Program-made: the position numbers and the translations under genes
Shown here: piece by piece, positions 31,501-42,018 of the stretch
How the letters are laid out: each line of letters opens with the position of its first letter
Position numbering within the stretch: the stretch's first letter is position 1
NCBI GenBank assembly: GCA_965218095.1
Contig: OZ244587.1
Location: 5,216,001 to 5,280,000, forward strand
Direction: 5' to 3'
DNA from: Candidatus Poribacteria bacterium
GTDB lineage: Bacteria > Poribacteria > WGA-4E > PCPOR2b
Length of the DNA: 64,000 nt
The notes under the pieces: model-generated
What the model saw: only the letters and a program-made list of their open reading frames with translations
Told to the model about the DNA's origin: nothing
Database searches by the model: none

Positions 31501-31947
31501 ATGTCGGTCGAACAGATTCCATCTATGTTCGCCAAATGTACTTTATTCAAATTAGGTCTGAGCTTGCCATATAAAATGTCGCCTCTACGAAAAACATTTT
31601 TATTGCTTTTTATCATAGAAAAATCAGACTGTGGGTCTCTTAACAATACACCTGTTTGACTTTCAATATTTTCTAAGCCAACATAGTGAACAACGCCATT
31701 TTCCTCTTTTGGGTTAACGATGTCGGATATTCTGTCAACTACTTGGTTTAATCTTGACGTTTTTTCAACAGAACTAACTAACTCCTCAATCTTCTGTTTG
31801 GATGCGATGATGTTTTGACGGGCTTGGTCGGTTTCCTGATTCACCGCCTCACATTGATCGACAATCGACTGTTGCACTTCAATCGGGGGGAGAGGGATTT
31901 TTATTTCAGGCAATTCTTCTGAAGTAGAAATAGAATCAAAAGACATC
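31501..31947 (-). pseudogene. R-M specificity (HsdS-like) fragment
   Basis: IKIPLPPIEVQQSIV; YVGLENIES; FRRGDILYGKLRPNLNK..GICSTDI; bounded by IS on both sides. Confidence 0.8.
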
Positions 31948-33210
31948 CTAATAATGGATCCCGAAATCTGTACCACCAATTAAGTCAGAAATTCGTCGAA
32001 TGAATACTCATTCAAAATGGAGGGTCCAATATGTCTACGAAAAGAATTCGGCACACCGCCAAGTTCAAGTTTACTATTGCTATTGAGGCGATAAGGGCAG
32101 ACAAAAGTATCAATCAACTGGCAAGCGAACACCAACTGCACCCCAGCCAAATCAGTCAGTGGAAAAAACAACCCCTTGACCAAGGGAGCCAAATTTTATC
32201 TAACATCGCTGCCAAACATCAACTCAAGCAGCACCAAAGGGAGTCAGACCTATATGAACAAATCGGTCGGCTGAATATGGAACTCGACTGGTTGAAAAAA
32301 AGCGACCCCATCGAGTTGAACAAAAACGCGCATGGATTGAAGCGAACCATCCTAAGCTGAGTATTCGTCGCCAGTGTGAGTTGCTTGGTTTTTCCCGCTC
32401 AACGCTCTACTACCAACCCGCACAAGAATCGGAGGAAAATCTCAGGTTGATGTAGCTGATTGATGAGCAGTATATGAAGACACCCTTTTACGGTAGCCGC
32501 CGAATGACCCAATATCTCAAACGCCTTGGCATAGATGTCAATCGCAAGCAGGTTCAGCGACTGATGAAGATACTGGGCATAGAAGCGATTTATCCCAAAC
32601 TCAAGTCCTCAGCCATCAACAGCAAGCATCGGATTTACCCATACCTGTTGCGTGATTATGTGGTTGAAACTCCCAATGAGGTCTGGTTAGCAGACATCAC
32701 ATATCTACCGATGAATAAAGGGTTTATGTATCTGGTTGCGATACTCGACTGGTATAGTCGTTACGTCATTACTTGGGAGCTATCCAATCGTCTAGAAGGT
32801 CAGTTCTGCCTCGACGCCTTGCATCGCGTATTAGCTTGGGCAACCCCTACCATCTTCAATACCGACCAAGGCGTCCAGTTTACCGCCAATGCTTTCACCA
32901 ATACTATTGAAACTGCTGGTATTGCTATGAGTATGGATGGCGTGGGTCGAGCCATTGACAACATTTACATCGAGCGGTTTTCGTGCTCCGTCAAGTACGA
33001 AGATGTTTACCAGAAACTCTACCAGACGGGACAAGCCCTTTTTGATGGATTAGCTAACTATATCCGTTTCTATAATGAGCAACGACCGCACCAGAGTCTT
33101 GATTATGCAACGCCGGCTGAGGTGTATCTCGGCTAAAACAGCGTCGGTATATCTCAAACATCTTACTTATTTTTCCATTACTTTGGCCTTGAGCATGGGG
33201 TCCACTTTAG
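31948..33210 (+). mobile_element. IS3-family element C (close relative of element A; OrfB has internal stop)
   Basis: MSTKRIRHTAKFKF OrfA; OrfB near-identical to 8942-9610; TAG near 32454. Confidence 0.9.
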
Positions 33211-33721
33211 AGGTAATGGCTCACAACTGTTTGAAGCGTTATTTCGGACTGATATAGTGGGCAAGTGGTAAGCCCAAATAAATCATTATTATGACTATAT
33301 CCGACTCGTCCGACATGCCTTCTTAAGAGGGATAAAAGGGACAAAAGGAACTCTAAGTATATCGTATCTTTGAATTTTTGAAAACATGGGATTAGCTAAG
33401 CTGGTATTTATACCAATACGCTAACGGAGTTGCCATAGTACCCAACGTACAAAGTCAAAAAAGGCTTGGTACAGTGTGAATAACACCAAAAACATAAAGT
33501 ATAAGTTTCTGGTAACAGCAACGAAAAACTTTATGGTATAGGGGGAAGGGCAACAGGTCAAATATATTTTAATCCCTAGAATTAACCCAAGTGGGTTAGT
33601 AACAATTCAAAAGGATGAATTATAATTGACTGGAGAGCTGTGTGCAATGAAAGTTGCACGCACGGTTCGGAGAGGGGGATACGGATTCCATGTCATGCGG
33701 AAAACTCGGTCTCTACTCTAC
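33211..33721 (+). ncRNA. ORF-less group II intron remnant (5' end lost at IS3)
   Basis: Domain V GAGCTGTGTGCAATGAAAGTTGCACGCACGGTTC (33635-68, AGC triad, GAAA loop); domain VI ending CTACTCTAC; domain III-like ACGGAGTTGCCATAGTA...GAAGGGCAACAG; only about 75 nt between DIII and DV. Confidence 0.85.
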
Positions 33722-33726
33722 TGGCC

Positions 33727-33803
33727 GGGAGGGTGAGGCTCCCGTGCTCGTCCGAGAATCGGACCAAATCCACGATCAGGCTCGGCGGGAGCCTCGCCCT
33801 CCC
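33727..33803. repeat. Inverted REP doublet
   Basis: GGGAGGGTGAGGCTCCCG...CGGGAGCCTCGCCCTCCC. Confidence 0.75.
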
Positions 33804-33831
33804 CGCTGGCCTGCAAACTACCCAACACATT

Positions 33832-35034
33832 TCACGTTTCACGTACTGTCTCTTCTTGATAATATTTCATCAGGATCTCCGCAACTTCAGGGTGCGAGAA
33901 CTCCGGCGGCAACATTTCACCGGACGCCAACATCTCTCTGATCCTCGTGCCCGACAGAAACAGGTAATCTTCTGAACCGTGCGGACAGTCACGCATCATT
34001 ACGATTCGATTGCATTTGTTGCACCACACGGTATGGTCGCCACGGAAGATCGCGATTCCAAGCGCATTTTCGGGAATCTCATCGAAAATCTCCTGTGCAT
34101 CAAATGGACCGTAGTAATCCCCAACTCCTGCGTGATCGCGACCAACAATCAGATGGGTGCAGCCACAATTTTGCCGAAATACTGCGTGTAACACAGCTTC
34201 ACGTGGTCCGGCGTAGAGCATATCGAAGCCATAACCTGTAATAGAGACCGTGTTGTCCGGGAAATACAACTCGACCATTTTGCGGATAGCAGCATCGCGG
34301 ACATGGGCAGGAGTATCCCCCGGCTGTAGCTTGCCAAGCAGCATGTGAATCAGTATCCCGTCAGCGTGAACTTCCCTTTGCGCAATTTTGCATAATTCTT
34401 CATGGGCGCGGTGCATTGGGTTCCGTGTTTGAAAAGCAACAACTGTATTCCATCCTCTTTTTGCGATGTGTTCTCGGATCTCCACGGCAGTACGGAAGGT
34501 CTCAGGAAAGTCGGATTGGAAGTAGGAATAATTGAGTACCTGTATGGGGCCGGAGATAACCTGATTTCCCATCTCAGCAAAGGTTGCTACGCCCGGATGT
34601 CCGGAATCTGTTGTCCGAAAAATCTTCTCAATCAGGAATGTCTTTTGTTCATCGGAAATCTCTTCAATCGCTGAAACCTCCACGATTGCAAGAGGTGGAT
34701 GGCCTTCCACATTCGGATCAAGCAGCGCAATCCGTTCAACATTTTTGATCGCATCGGTGACCTGCTCTGCCTTGACAATATTCATTACCGGGATGGGCCA
34801 AAACAGACCGTTGGGCAGCGTCATATTTTCAGCAACACTTGTCGCTTCGGCGATGTTCATGTAGCCCGTGAGGGGGTTAAAATAGCCTGAACCGAGCATC
34901 ACCACAGATGCGGCAGCCCCGGAGGATATCAGGATGGAAGGCAGGTTGTCAGCCTCTTGAATAAGCTCGGCGCGTTGGACGTCATCTGCAACGTAAATCG
35001 GATTCAAATTTTCAGATCCATGCGGTTTGATCAT
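33832..35034 (-). CDS. sat: Sulfate adenylyltransferase (ATP sulfurylase)
   Basis: VAFQTRNPMHRAH, YAGPREA, GRDHAGVG, LSGT.IR. Confidence 0.95.
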   Translation of the reverse strand: MIKPHGSENLNPIYVADDVQRAELIQEADNLPSILISSGAAASVVMLGSGYFNPLTGYMNIAEATSVAENMTLPNGLFWPIPVMNIVKAEQVTDAIKNVERIALLDPNVEGHPPLAIVEVSAIEEISDEQKTFLIEKIFRTTDSGHPGVATFAEMGNQVISGPIQVLNYSYFQSDFPETFRTAVEIREHIAKRGWNTVVAFQTRNPMHRAHEELCKIAQREVHADGILIHMLLGKLQPGDTPAHVRDAAIRKMVELYFPDNTVSITGYGFDMLYAGPREAVLHAVFRQNCGCTHLIVGRDHAGVGDYYGPFDAQEIFDEIPENALGIAIFRGDHTVWCNKCNRIVMMRDCPHGSEDYLFLSGTRIREMLASGEMLPPEFSHPEVAEILMKYYQEETVRET

Positions 35035-35114
35035 TTAGTTCTCCTTAATTTTTATGAAGGACTTCAGATGACATTATTAGCTTTGCAAATTTGAGAATTG
35101 CCCCCAGAACAAGT

Positions 35115-35143
35115 ATGATAACGAATTTGCGAGTCGTTGTCAA
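35115..35143 (-). promoter_or_regulatory. sigma70 promoter for sat
   Basis: TTGACA-17-TATCAT. Confidence 0.7.
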
Positions 35144-35273
35144 TTGGTTTCAACAGTAACCAGAAATTCTGGGGCGAAACCTGATATTGTTTTTCAGCCC
35201 GATTGGTGCTATAATTAGGAAATTTCCTTAATGCATTCATACGATGTTCCTGATAATGAAAGGATAGAAAACT

Positions 35274-36299
35274 TTGCCGAACCAAACCACAAGAGTACGC
35301 GCAGCAATCGTCGTCCTCGGCTGGCCCGGAATACAGCACCTGAAAGGGTATATCGCTTGCAAACGATCCGAAGTGGTCGCCGTTTGTGATCTCGACGAAA
35401 AACGGTGCAAGGAAGTTGCGAAAGAATACGATGTGCCACAAATCTTCACGAATCACCGACGGATGCTGGAGAACAACGAAATTGATTTGGTCAGCGTGTG
35501 CCTGCCGAATTTCTTGCATGCGCCAATCTCAATCGACGCGCTGAATGCGGGGAAACACGTCCTCTGCGAGAAACCGCCTGCAACCACGGTGCAAGAAGCC
35601 CAGACGATGGCGGATGTGGCTGAGAAAAATAGATGCGTCTTGATGTACGCCCTGGTCCAACGTTTTGACGGACATGCCCAATTGCTCAAACGGATGATTG
35701 ATGCCGGAGAATTTGGAGAGGTCTATTTCGGGAAAGCCGGCTATATCCGTCGGCGCGGCATCTTGATGGGGCGCGAAGGATGGTTCGTCGATAAAGCGAG
35801 ATCCGGTGGCGGCGCACTCATTGACATCGGGGTTCACGCACTCGATTGTGTTTGGTGGTTGATGGGTTCACCGGAGCCTGTGGCGATTATCGGGGCAGCC
35901 TACTCAAAGTTTGGACACCTCGTGCCGAAAGATGTCAAATACGATGTAGACGATGCAACCTTCGCACAGATCCGATTCGAGAATGAGGCAACGATTGTGC
36001 TGGAGGCGACATGGGCGCTCAATCTGCCCGGCGGTGGCTATATCTAGGTTGCGGGAACAAAAGCAGGCGCTCAACTGAACCCACTCACAATCTACACAGA
36101 GGAAAACGGTAAAGAAATCAACAGAACACCAGAGGCACCAGCCGTGAACAGTTTTGATGAAGAAACCAGGCACTTCGTGGATTGTATTTTGGATGGCAGT
36201 GAGCCGATTTCATCAGCACGTCAAGGGGTTATGTTGATGCAAATGCTTGATGGCATCTACGCATCATCCGAGAAAAAAGGCGAAATCCTTCTGGAGTAG
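35274..36299 (+). pseudogene. Gfo/Idh/MocA oxidoreductase with single internal TAG (36045-47)
   Basis: HVLCEKP, GGGALIDIGVH; same frame continues after TAG to the family C-terminus ending 36299. Confidence 0.8.
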
Positions 36300-36354
36300 C
36301 GAATCCACAAATGGGCAAATCACGCGTATTATGCATTACGTTCACATTATCTTA

Positions 36355-38234
36355 ACGACTTGTGCTAGGTTCTGTTGACATTTGAGTATAAGGTTGTGGC
36401 ATAATAGAAGAATGATGCCAATAACCTTACCCGATGACCAATGGAAAAAGATATACTCGTTTCTTCTAACTTGTCCCAACATCTATGTTGGCAACGAAGC
36501 GACAACACGCCGCTTTATCGAAACTGTTCTCTGGGCGACCCGTAGCGGTGCTCAATGGAGACTTCTGCTAGACACCTATGGTAAATGGAACACCCTCTAT
36601 AAGCGGTTTGCTCGGTGGTGCGACAAAGGGGTCTTCACACAGATCCACCCCCACTTCGCCGCCGACCCCGATATCGAGTCGCTTATTGTGGACAGTACAA
36701 TCATTCGAGCGCACCTGTGTGCGGCAGGTGCCGAAAAAAAAAGGGTGGCACTGAAAACCAAGCGTTAGGCTGCTCTCGCGGGGGATTCAGTACAAAAATT
36801 CACATCACCGTTGACGGCCTGGGTAATCCCCTAAGAATACATCTGACGCCCGGTCAAAGAAACGACATAGCGGAAGCAGAAGCGTTGATACTTGGATATA
36901 AAAGCGAGTATGTGATTGGAGACATGGAGACAAGGGATATGACTCCGACAATTTTATCGCGGTTATTGAGGCGAATGGAGCGATTGCGGTGATACCGCCC
37001 AAAAGTCATCGTGTGGATCAAAGAGATTACGACAAACATCTGTACAAAGAGAGACATCGGGTTGAATGTTTCATTAACAAGATAAAATGGTATCGCCGCA
37101 TCTTCTCTCGGTTCGAGAAGTTAGCTATCCGTTATTTTGGATTTCTCAGCTTTGTCTCCACTCTTATATGGCTCCCTTGAAATGTCAACAGAACCTAGTT
37201 AAAAGGCAAAGGAAGTGCTATCCTTTGAGAGAAGTTACTTATCTCGAATGAAAGAGAGGAAGCATTTCAATGGAGTTATGTCAAAAGCGGAGTGCCGCTT
37301 TCGCACAAGAAGGAATCACGTCGCTGAATCTCGAAGACTTGCTGAGTGTGAGTTTCATTGTTATTGATGATTTGTATGAACACCATTTCCCCGATGGAAT
37401 GCCCCATCGGGGTGTCCCCAATAGCAACCTAGCCGACAGTGAAGTAATAACCATCGCTTGGGTCGGTGAGATGGTTAGCATTGATAGTCAACGGGTTGGT
37501 ATAACCTTGTCAAAAAGGAGTTCTGCCATCTATTTCCGCATTTACCTGAGTGAACTCGATTTAATCGTCGGCGTCGTAATCTGTCGGGAGTAAGTGGAAA
37601 ACTTAGACAAGCACTCAACGATGAACTTCCGTTAAACGACATCTTCATTGTTGATAGCTTGCCTGTCCCCCTCCGTGACTTTAAGCGTGCGCATTCTTCC
37701 ACATCGCCTCTCAAGTGTCAGGACCTACGGGTATTGTGAAACTAAAAGATTGGGTACATTCTTAGGATTTCGCGTTCATCTAATCATCAAGGCGTACCCC
37801 TCGCTTTTTCCGTACCCAATGCCAATGTTGATGAGCGGGAGGTACTTTCGACGATGTGTGAAACAGGCGATTATCCCCTGATAATTGGAGACAAAGGTTA
37901 CATTTCAGACCCATTGAGTGAGATGCTCCTTGAGTTGGATGGGATTCGCTTATTCGCTATCAAGCGTGAGAATCAGAAGTCACAACATACGCCACAACTC
38001 CGGCGGAATCTCAATTGGATTCGGAGATGAATTGAAACTACCATCAATCAACTCAATGACCAGTTTCATCTCTGTCGAATCAGAGCGCGTTATCATTGGG
38101 ACATGTTGACCCGAATTATTGATAAGCTAGCAGGGTTCAGCTTAGCAGTTTTGCTCAACCGCAGTCTAGGACGACCGCTTATGGAAATCAAAGACTTAGT
38201 TTTCGCATAGCCTATATCAACTAGCACAAGTCGT
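36355..38234 (+). mobile_element. IS982-like element, degraded transposase, interrupted by IS5
   Basis: TIR ACGACTTGTGCTAG / CTAGCACAAGTCGT; flanks TATCTTA / TAGCTTA; LADSEVITI, IVDSLP, YGYC..GFRVH, IGDKGY fragments. Confidence 0.8.
36368..37195 (+). mobile_element. IS5-family element copy 1 (frameshifted)
   Basis: TIR GGTTCTGTTGACATTT, TA duplication; 8-bp duplication GGAGACAT breaks OrfB. Confidence 0.92.
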
Positions 38235-38256
38235 TAGCTTAACACATTGTTAACAA

Positions 38257-38316
38257 TAACCCAAGTTGCTAGTAATTGAAAACCCATGGATTTTCAATTA
38301 CTAGCAACTTGGGTTA
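38257..38316. repeat. 60-bp near-perfect palindrome made of IS982-type ends
   Basis: TAACCCAAGTTGCTAGTAATTGAAAA-CCCATGGA-TTTTCAATTACTAGCAACTTGGGTTA. Confidence 0.8.
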
Positions 38317-38590
38317 CCTCTGCAATTTTGGAATAGATCTCTTGGCGCCGCTGCTGTTTGACATCCTCGAATACAACTACAGGCGTGGGATTTGCACTCA
38401 AGGAGAGATCCAACTCCGCGATGCGATGGGTGAGGTTATGCTTCAGGAGGGGATGTACGGTTACCTTGTACAAGGCAACCGTTATGACACAGGCAACCCA
38501 CAAGACCTTCTCAAAACAATCGTGGCTTGGGGGCTGCGAGGTCCATATCGGAAGGCGATTGAGCAAGCAATCTGGAAAGGAAATAAGTAA
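38312..38590 (+). pseudogene. C-terminal fragment of a sugar-phosphate nucleotidyltransferase (GalU-like)
   Basis: YLCNFG..LFDIL..GEIQLRDAM..GNRYDTGNP. Confidence 0.7.
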
Positions 38591-38701
38591 GATTAGGCTG
38601 TGTTGACGCCTGCCGTGATATACCCAGCGTCGGGTAAAATTGCGTTTTTTCTCGGCAAAAATCGCGTATAACTCACTACCTGACGTATGTGATCCCTAAT
38701 A

Positions 38702-39703
38702 TCACAGGTCTGCGATGATGCGAGTTGTTCCCGAAAACACCTCGCCCGGCTTGAGAACGATTATCCTCGCATCAATTCCGCTCGCTTCGAGATTAATGGC
38801 GTTCGTCGGGCAGGTATACGGTTCAAAACAGATCGATGATCGATCCGGTGGTGTGTAGACCACCAACTCTCGGAACTGTGCGTCGGATTCCAATATCATA
38901 CGGAGGCCTAAGTCCTGATCATCAATGACACAACGACTGACGCCATCTGAAAGGATGACCCCCGTCAAAACATCGTCAAACTGCCTCCCCGCAAGCGGCT
39001 TTCTCTCTCGAAGATCATAATCTCCCTCCAAATCAAAGATCCTTCCTGTCGGTAGGAATTCATCAAGCTCCCAATACTTCGACGCCGGCACGGTGATCAA
39101 GCACCTCTCAGGCGAAGAGCTCGATGACAGTGGCACACGAAAATAGGGATGGATGCCAAACCCCATCGGCATATTGCGATCTCCGGTATTTTTGACATTG
39201 ACCCCCATTGTCAAGATTGCTTCCTTGAGGATATACGTTATTTGAATTTCGAATGGAAGCGGATACTGACGCATGATCTCTGGAAATTCGCGTGAATCCA
39301 AACGGCAGACGATTGAAGCATCATTCTCTGCATCCGCACTCGTGCATTCAACGTGGTAGGGTTGACTCAACAACAGTCCATGAATCGAGTTGGGAGCTCC
39401 CAGTTTCTGGTCGAATGTATACGCTTTACCGTCAAACGTAAATTTCCCCTCACGAATACGGTTCGGAAAAGGGAATAAAATTGGGTTGCCATACCTCGTT
39501 GGCTGGGCTTTCAGTGTATCCAGATCAGGCGGTGGGTCTAGCAGGTCTATCCATTCTCCGTTGACAGGAAGCCCAAAACTGTAGCAGTTATTCCCAAGAC
39601 TCGGCGTGATCCTCGCCTCCGCTTTTGTGGCGTCATCTCGCAAGACGTAAACTTCAATACCATCAATCTCAGTCAGATCAACGGCATAACGTGATTGGTT
39701 CAT
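38702..39703 (-). CDS. Aldose 1-epimerase
   Basis: GNPILFPFPNRI, IHGL, GFGIHPYF, ICFEPYT. Confidence 0.92.
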   Translation of the reverse strand: MNQSRYAVDLTEIDGIEVYVLRDDATKAEARITPSLGNNCYSFGLPVNGEWIDLLDPPPDLDTLKAQPTRYGNPILFPFPNRIREGKFTFDGKAYTFDQKLGAPNSIHGLLLSQPYHVECTSADAENDASIVCRLDSREFPEIMRQYPLPFEIQITYILKEAILTMGVNVKNTGDRNMPMGFGIHPYFRVPLSSSSSPERCLITVPASKYWELDEFLPTGRIFDLEGDYDLRERKPLAGRQFDDVLTGVILSDGVSRCVIDDQDLGLRMILESDAQFRELVVYTPPDRSSICFEPYTCPTNAINLEASGIDARIIVLKPGEVFSGTTRIIADL

Positions 39704-39775
39704 TTTTCCCTCCGTAATGAAGTGACCTCAATTTTCTGGACACTTTTTTGAGGATTTTAAGTGGGGTTTTAGCCG

Positions 39776-39816
39776 TACTAAAGTTTGGACAAGTGTGCCA
39801 AAGTGTCTAAAGTGAG
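39776..39816. repeat. Dispersed 9-mer-based repeat; inverted copy at 61682-61721
   Basis: TACTAAAGTTTGGACAAGTGTGCCAAAGTGTCTAAAGTGAG vs reverse complement TACTAAAGTTTGGACAGTGTACTAAAGTGTCTAAAGTGAG. Confidence 0.7.
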
Positions 39817-39886
39817 TCAACGCACAAGTGGGAAAGTGTGAAGGTGAGAAGAAGATTAAATCTCACTTTCTCCCTTTCCCACTTTG

Positions 39887-40033
39887 ATGGAAAGCCAGAC
39901 CGACATACGTGTTAGTACGCTACATCGGGTCTTATCCGCCATGGGCGCCACACTTAAAATCGTCGCCCAGTTTCCTGATGACGAGGTTGTCATTAATCAG
40001 TTCGATCGGGTTCAAGCGCGTGATGGTGCATGA
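39887..40033 (+). pseudogene. C-terminal remnant of XRE/HigA-type antitoxin
   Basis: MESQTDIRVSTLHRVLSAMGATLKIVAQFPDDEVVI. Confidence 0.65.
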
Positions 40034-40217
40034 CTATCTTTCGGAAATTGATATGAAGCATTGCGCAAATTTTGCACAATTGCGTAAACCTTGCATGGGG
40101 AGGCGGAGCATTTTTTCAGAGAGAATTTCCAATCAATCCTTGTATCTTTGAGCCTTTCGTAACCTGAGCGAGTTGGTATACTTCTTGCCTATGCAATAAT
40201 CGCTCTAATGATATAAC

Positions 40218-40802
40218 ATGAAAGCAGAGCATAACATCATGGCTCAAGAACTAAGGCGCAAAAGTATTCATCTGTTAGGACTGGCTGTTCCCATCGGTTA
40301 CGCTTTCACAACGCGGCAAACCACCCTTATCATTGTTGGCTTCCTCGTGGCTGTCGCTTTGTTGGTTGAATTGCTGAAAGTGCTCTCTCCAGCCTTTCGG
40401 AATCTGTTTGTACGGATGTTCTCCCCAATGTTGCGCTCCCGTGAGCGGAAGGGCGAATTCACCGGTGCCACATACTACCTCATCGGATCTTTTCTCTGTA
40501 TTCTTTTTTTTGACAAAACACTGGCAATCGTTTGTCTTTGTTTCCTCACTTTGGGAGATCTATTTGCGGCGGTGATTGGTAAGCAATGGGGACGGATTAA
40601 GCTCTTTTCCCGAAAAAGCTTAGAAGGCAGTCTTGCCTGTTTCATCGTGTGTGCACTGATTGCGCTGCTCATGAAATTCCATCCGGCCGTTGCAATCACC
40701 GGGGCGGTTGTCGCAACGCTAATTGAACTCCTACCCATTGGATTAGACGATAATTTGACGATGCCGTTGATTTCAGGCCTGGTAATGGAACTGCTGATTT
40801 AA
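40218..40802 (+). CDS. SEC59/DGK1/VTE5 family (phytol/dolichol kinase-like) membrane protein
   Basis: RRKSIH, GDLFAAVIG..WG, KSLEGS, DDNLTMP. Confidence 0.85.
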   Translation: MKAEHNIMAQELRRKSIHLLGLAVPIGYAFTTRQTTLIIVGFLVAVALLVELLKVLSPAFRNLFVRMFSPMLRSRERKGEFTGATYYLIGSFLCILFFDKTLAIVCLCFLTLGDLFAAVIGKQWGRIKLFSRKSLEGSLACFIVCALIALLMKFHPAVAITGAVVATLIELLPIGLDDNLTMPLISGLVMELLI

Positions 40803-41000
40803 TCTCCCTTGGACACTATTTTCCCACCGTTGAGTCCCATCCCCTCAAGGCTATTCGTTGTCCAAATATGCTCTCAACCGATCTATCTATCACTATATAC
40901 CATTTCGCAACCGGAATGGTATAATATAGCATCAACATGGGTGCCCCTTTCCATCAAGGGTTTGAAACAAGATGCAGCACAGACAATTTGGAGTGATTAA

Positions 41001-41636
41001 ATGCAGATTATATTGGAGTGTTTGGTTGTCCCTCCTTTTCAGTCAAATTGCTGGATACTCGGTTGTGAGGAGACGCGGGAGGGTGTCGTGATCGATCCGG
41101 GGGACGAAGCCGGTATCCTGAAAACCTTGAAAGCACACAAGCTGACACCCAAATATCTCATCCACACGCATGGGCATCTGGATCACGTCTCCGCCACAGC
41201 CGCTATCCAACGAGAGACTGGAGCGCCGGTGTTAATCCACGAAGCTGACCAGATCCTTCTGGATAACCTAACGCTGCAAGGGACGACGTTTGGGCTTTCA
41301 GCGCCAGAGTCGCCAACTGTAGACCAATACATTCACGAAGGAGAACGAATTTCATTTGGACAGTTTACCCTGTCTGTCCTCGAAACTCCAGGACATAGTC
41401 CCGGCGGTATCTGTTTGAAACTTGAAGGGGAGAAGATCCTGTTCGTTGGCGATACCCTCTTTCAGGGCAGTATCGGACGGACGGATCTCTGGGGAGGGAA
41501 CTATGAACAATTACTGGATTCGATTTGGGGAAAGCTGTGGCCGCTGGATGACAATACGGTTGTTTATCCTGGACACGGTCCAAGTACCACAATTGGCACC
41601 GAGAAGCGTGAGAATCCATTTCTGCAAGGATTGTAA
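41001..41636 (+). CDS. MBL-fold hydrolase (glyoxalase II-like)
   Basis: THGHLDH, TPGHSPG, GDTLF, YPGHG. Confidence 0.92.
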   Translation: MQIILECLVVPPFQSNCWILGCEETREGVVIDPGDEAGILKTLKAHKLTPKYLIHTHGHLDHVSATAAIQRETGAPVLIHEADQILLDNLTLQGTTFGLSAPESPTVDQYIHEGERISFGQFTLSVLETPGHSPGGICLKLEGEKILFVGDTLFQGSIGRTDLWGGNYEQLLDSIWGKLWPLDDNTVVYPGHGPSTTIGTEKRENPFLQGL

Positions 41637-41659
41637 AGAGGAGATGTATATGATACACT

Positions 41660-41800
41660 TAGGACTTACACAGCCGATGTGCAGAACCTGCAATTTCACC
41701 GTATCCTGAATCTTGAATCCTGAATCGGATACAAGATGCAAGAGACAAGATGCACAGGAGGTTGGGAGTATAATCAGCCGGTTCAATTGCGTAAGTCCTG
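41660..41800. mobile_element. MITE, 141 bp, same family as 2504-2618, 5-bp TSD ACACT
   Basis: TAGGACTTACACA...TGCGTAAGTCCTG flanked by ACACT at 41655-59 and 41801-05. Confidence 0.8.
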
Positions 41801-42018
41801 ACACTGTCAGTAGTTACTACAGGCTGGAGAAATTCAGGTTGTGGTTGGTGATGCATCACGAGATGGCGCTGGCAGCAACATCGCGGCGTAAGTTTTGATT
41901 TCTTGTCTGCTGCTCTAGACCGTCTCTCTGTTTCTCCTGTCTCAAAGGGGAAGATGCAGAGGGGGGCTGCAGGTTCATAATTTCTGCCGACATGCTAACA
42001 TGATCGAGGTGGACGCGA

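Noticed and set aside
33211-33721. Retron or DGR interpretation of the structured RNA
   Set aside because: No reverse transcriptase and no TR/VR pair in the window; domains V and VI identify a group II intron
36045-36047. Amber readthrough or recoding suggested by in-frame TAGs (20362, 32454, 36045, 61151)
   Set aside because: Expected residues differ (Gln vs Trp), many intact genes end in TAG and no pyl genes are seen; simple transitions explain it
39720-39750. Possible lone IS3-like end GTGACCTCAATTTTCTGGACAC
   Set aside because: No partner end or transposase nearby; too short to support
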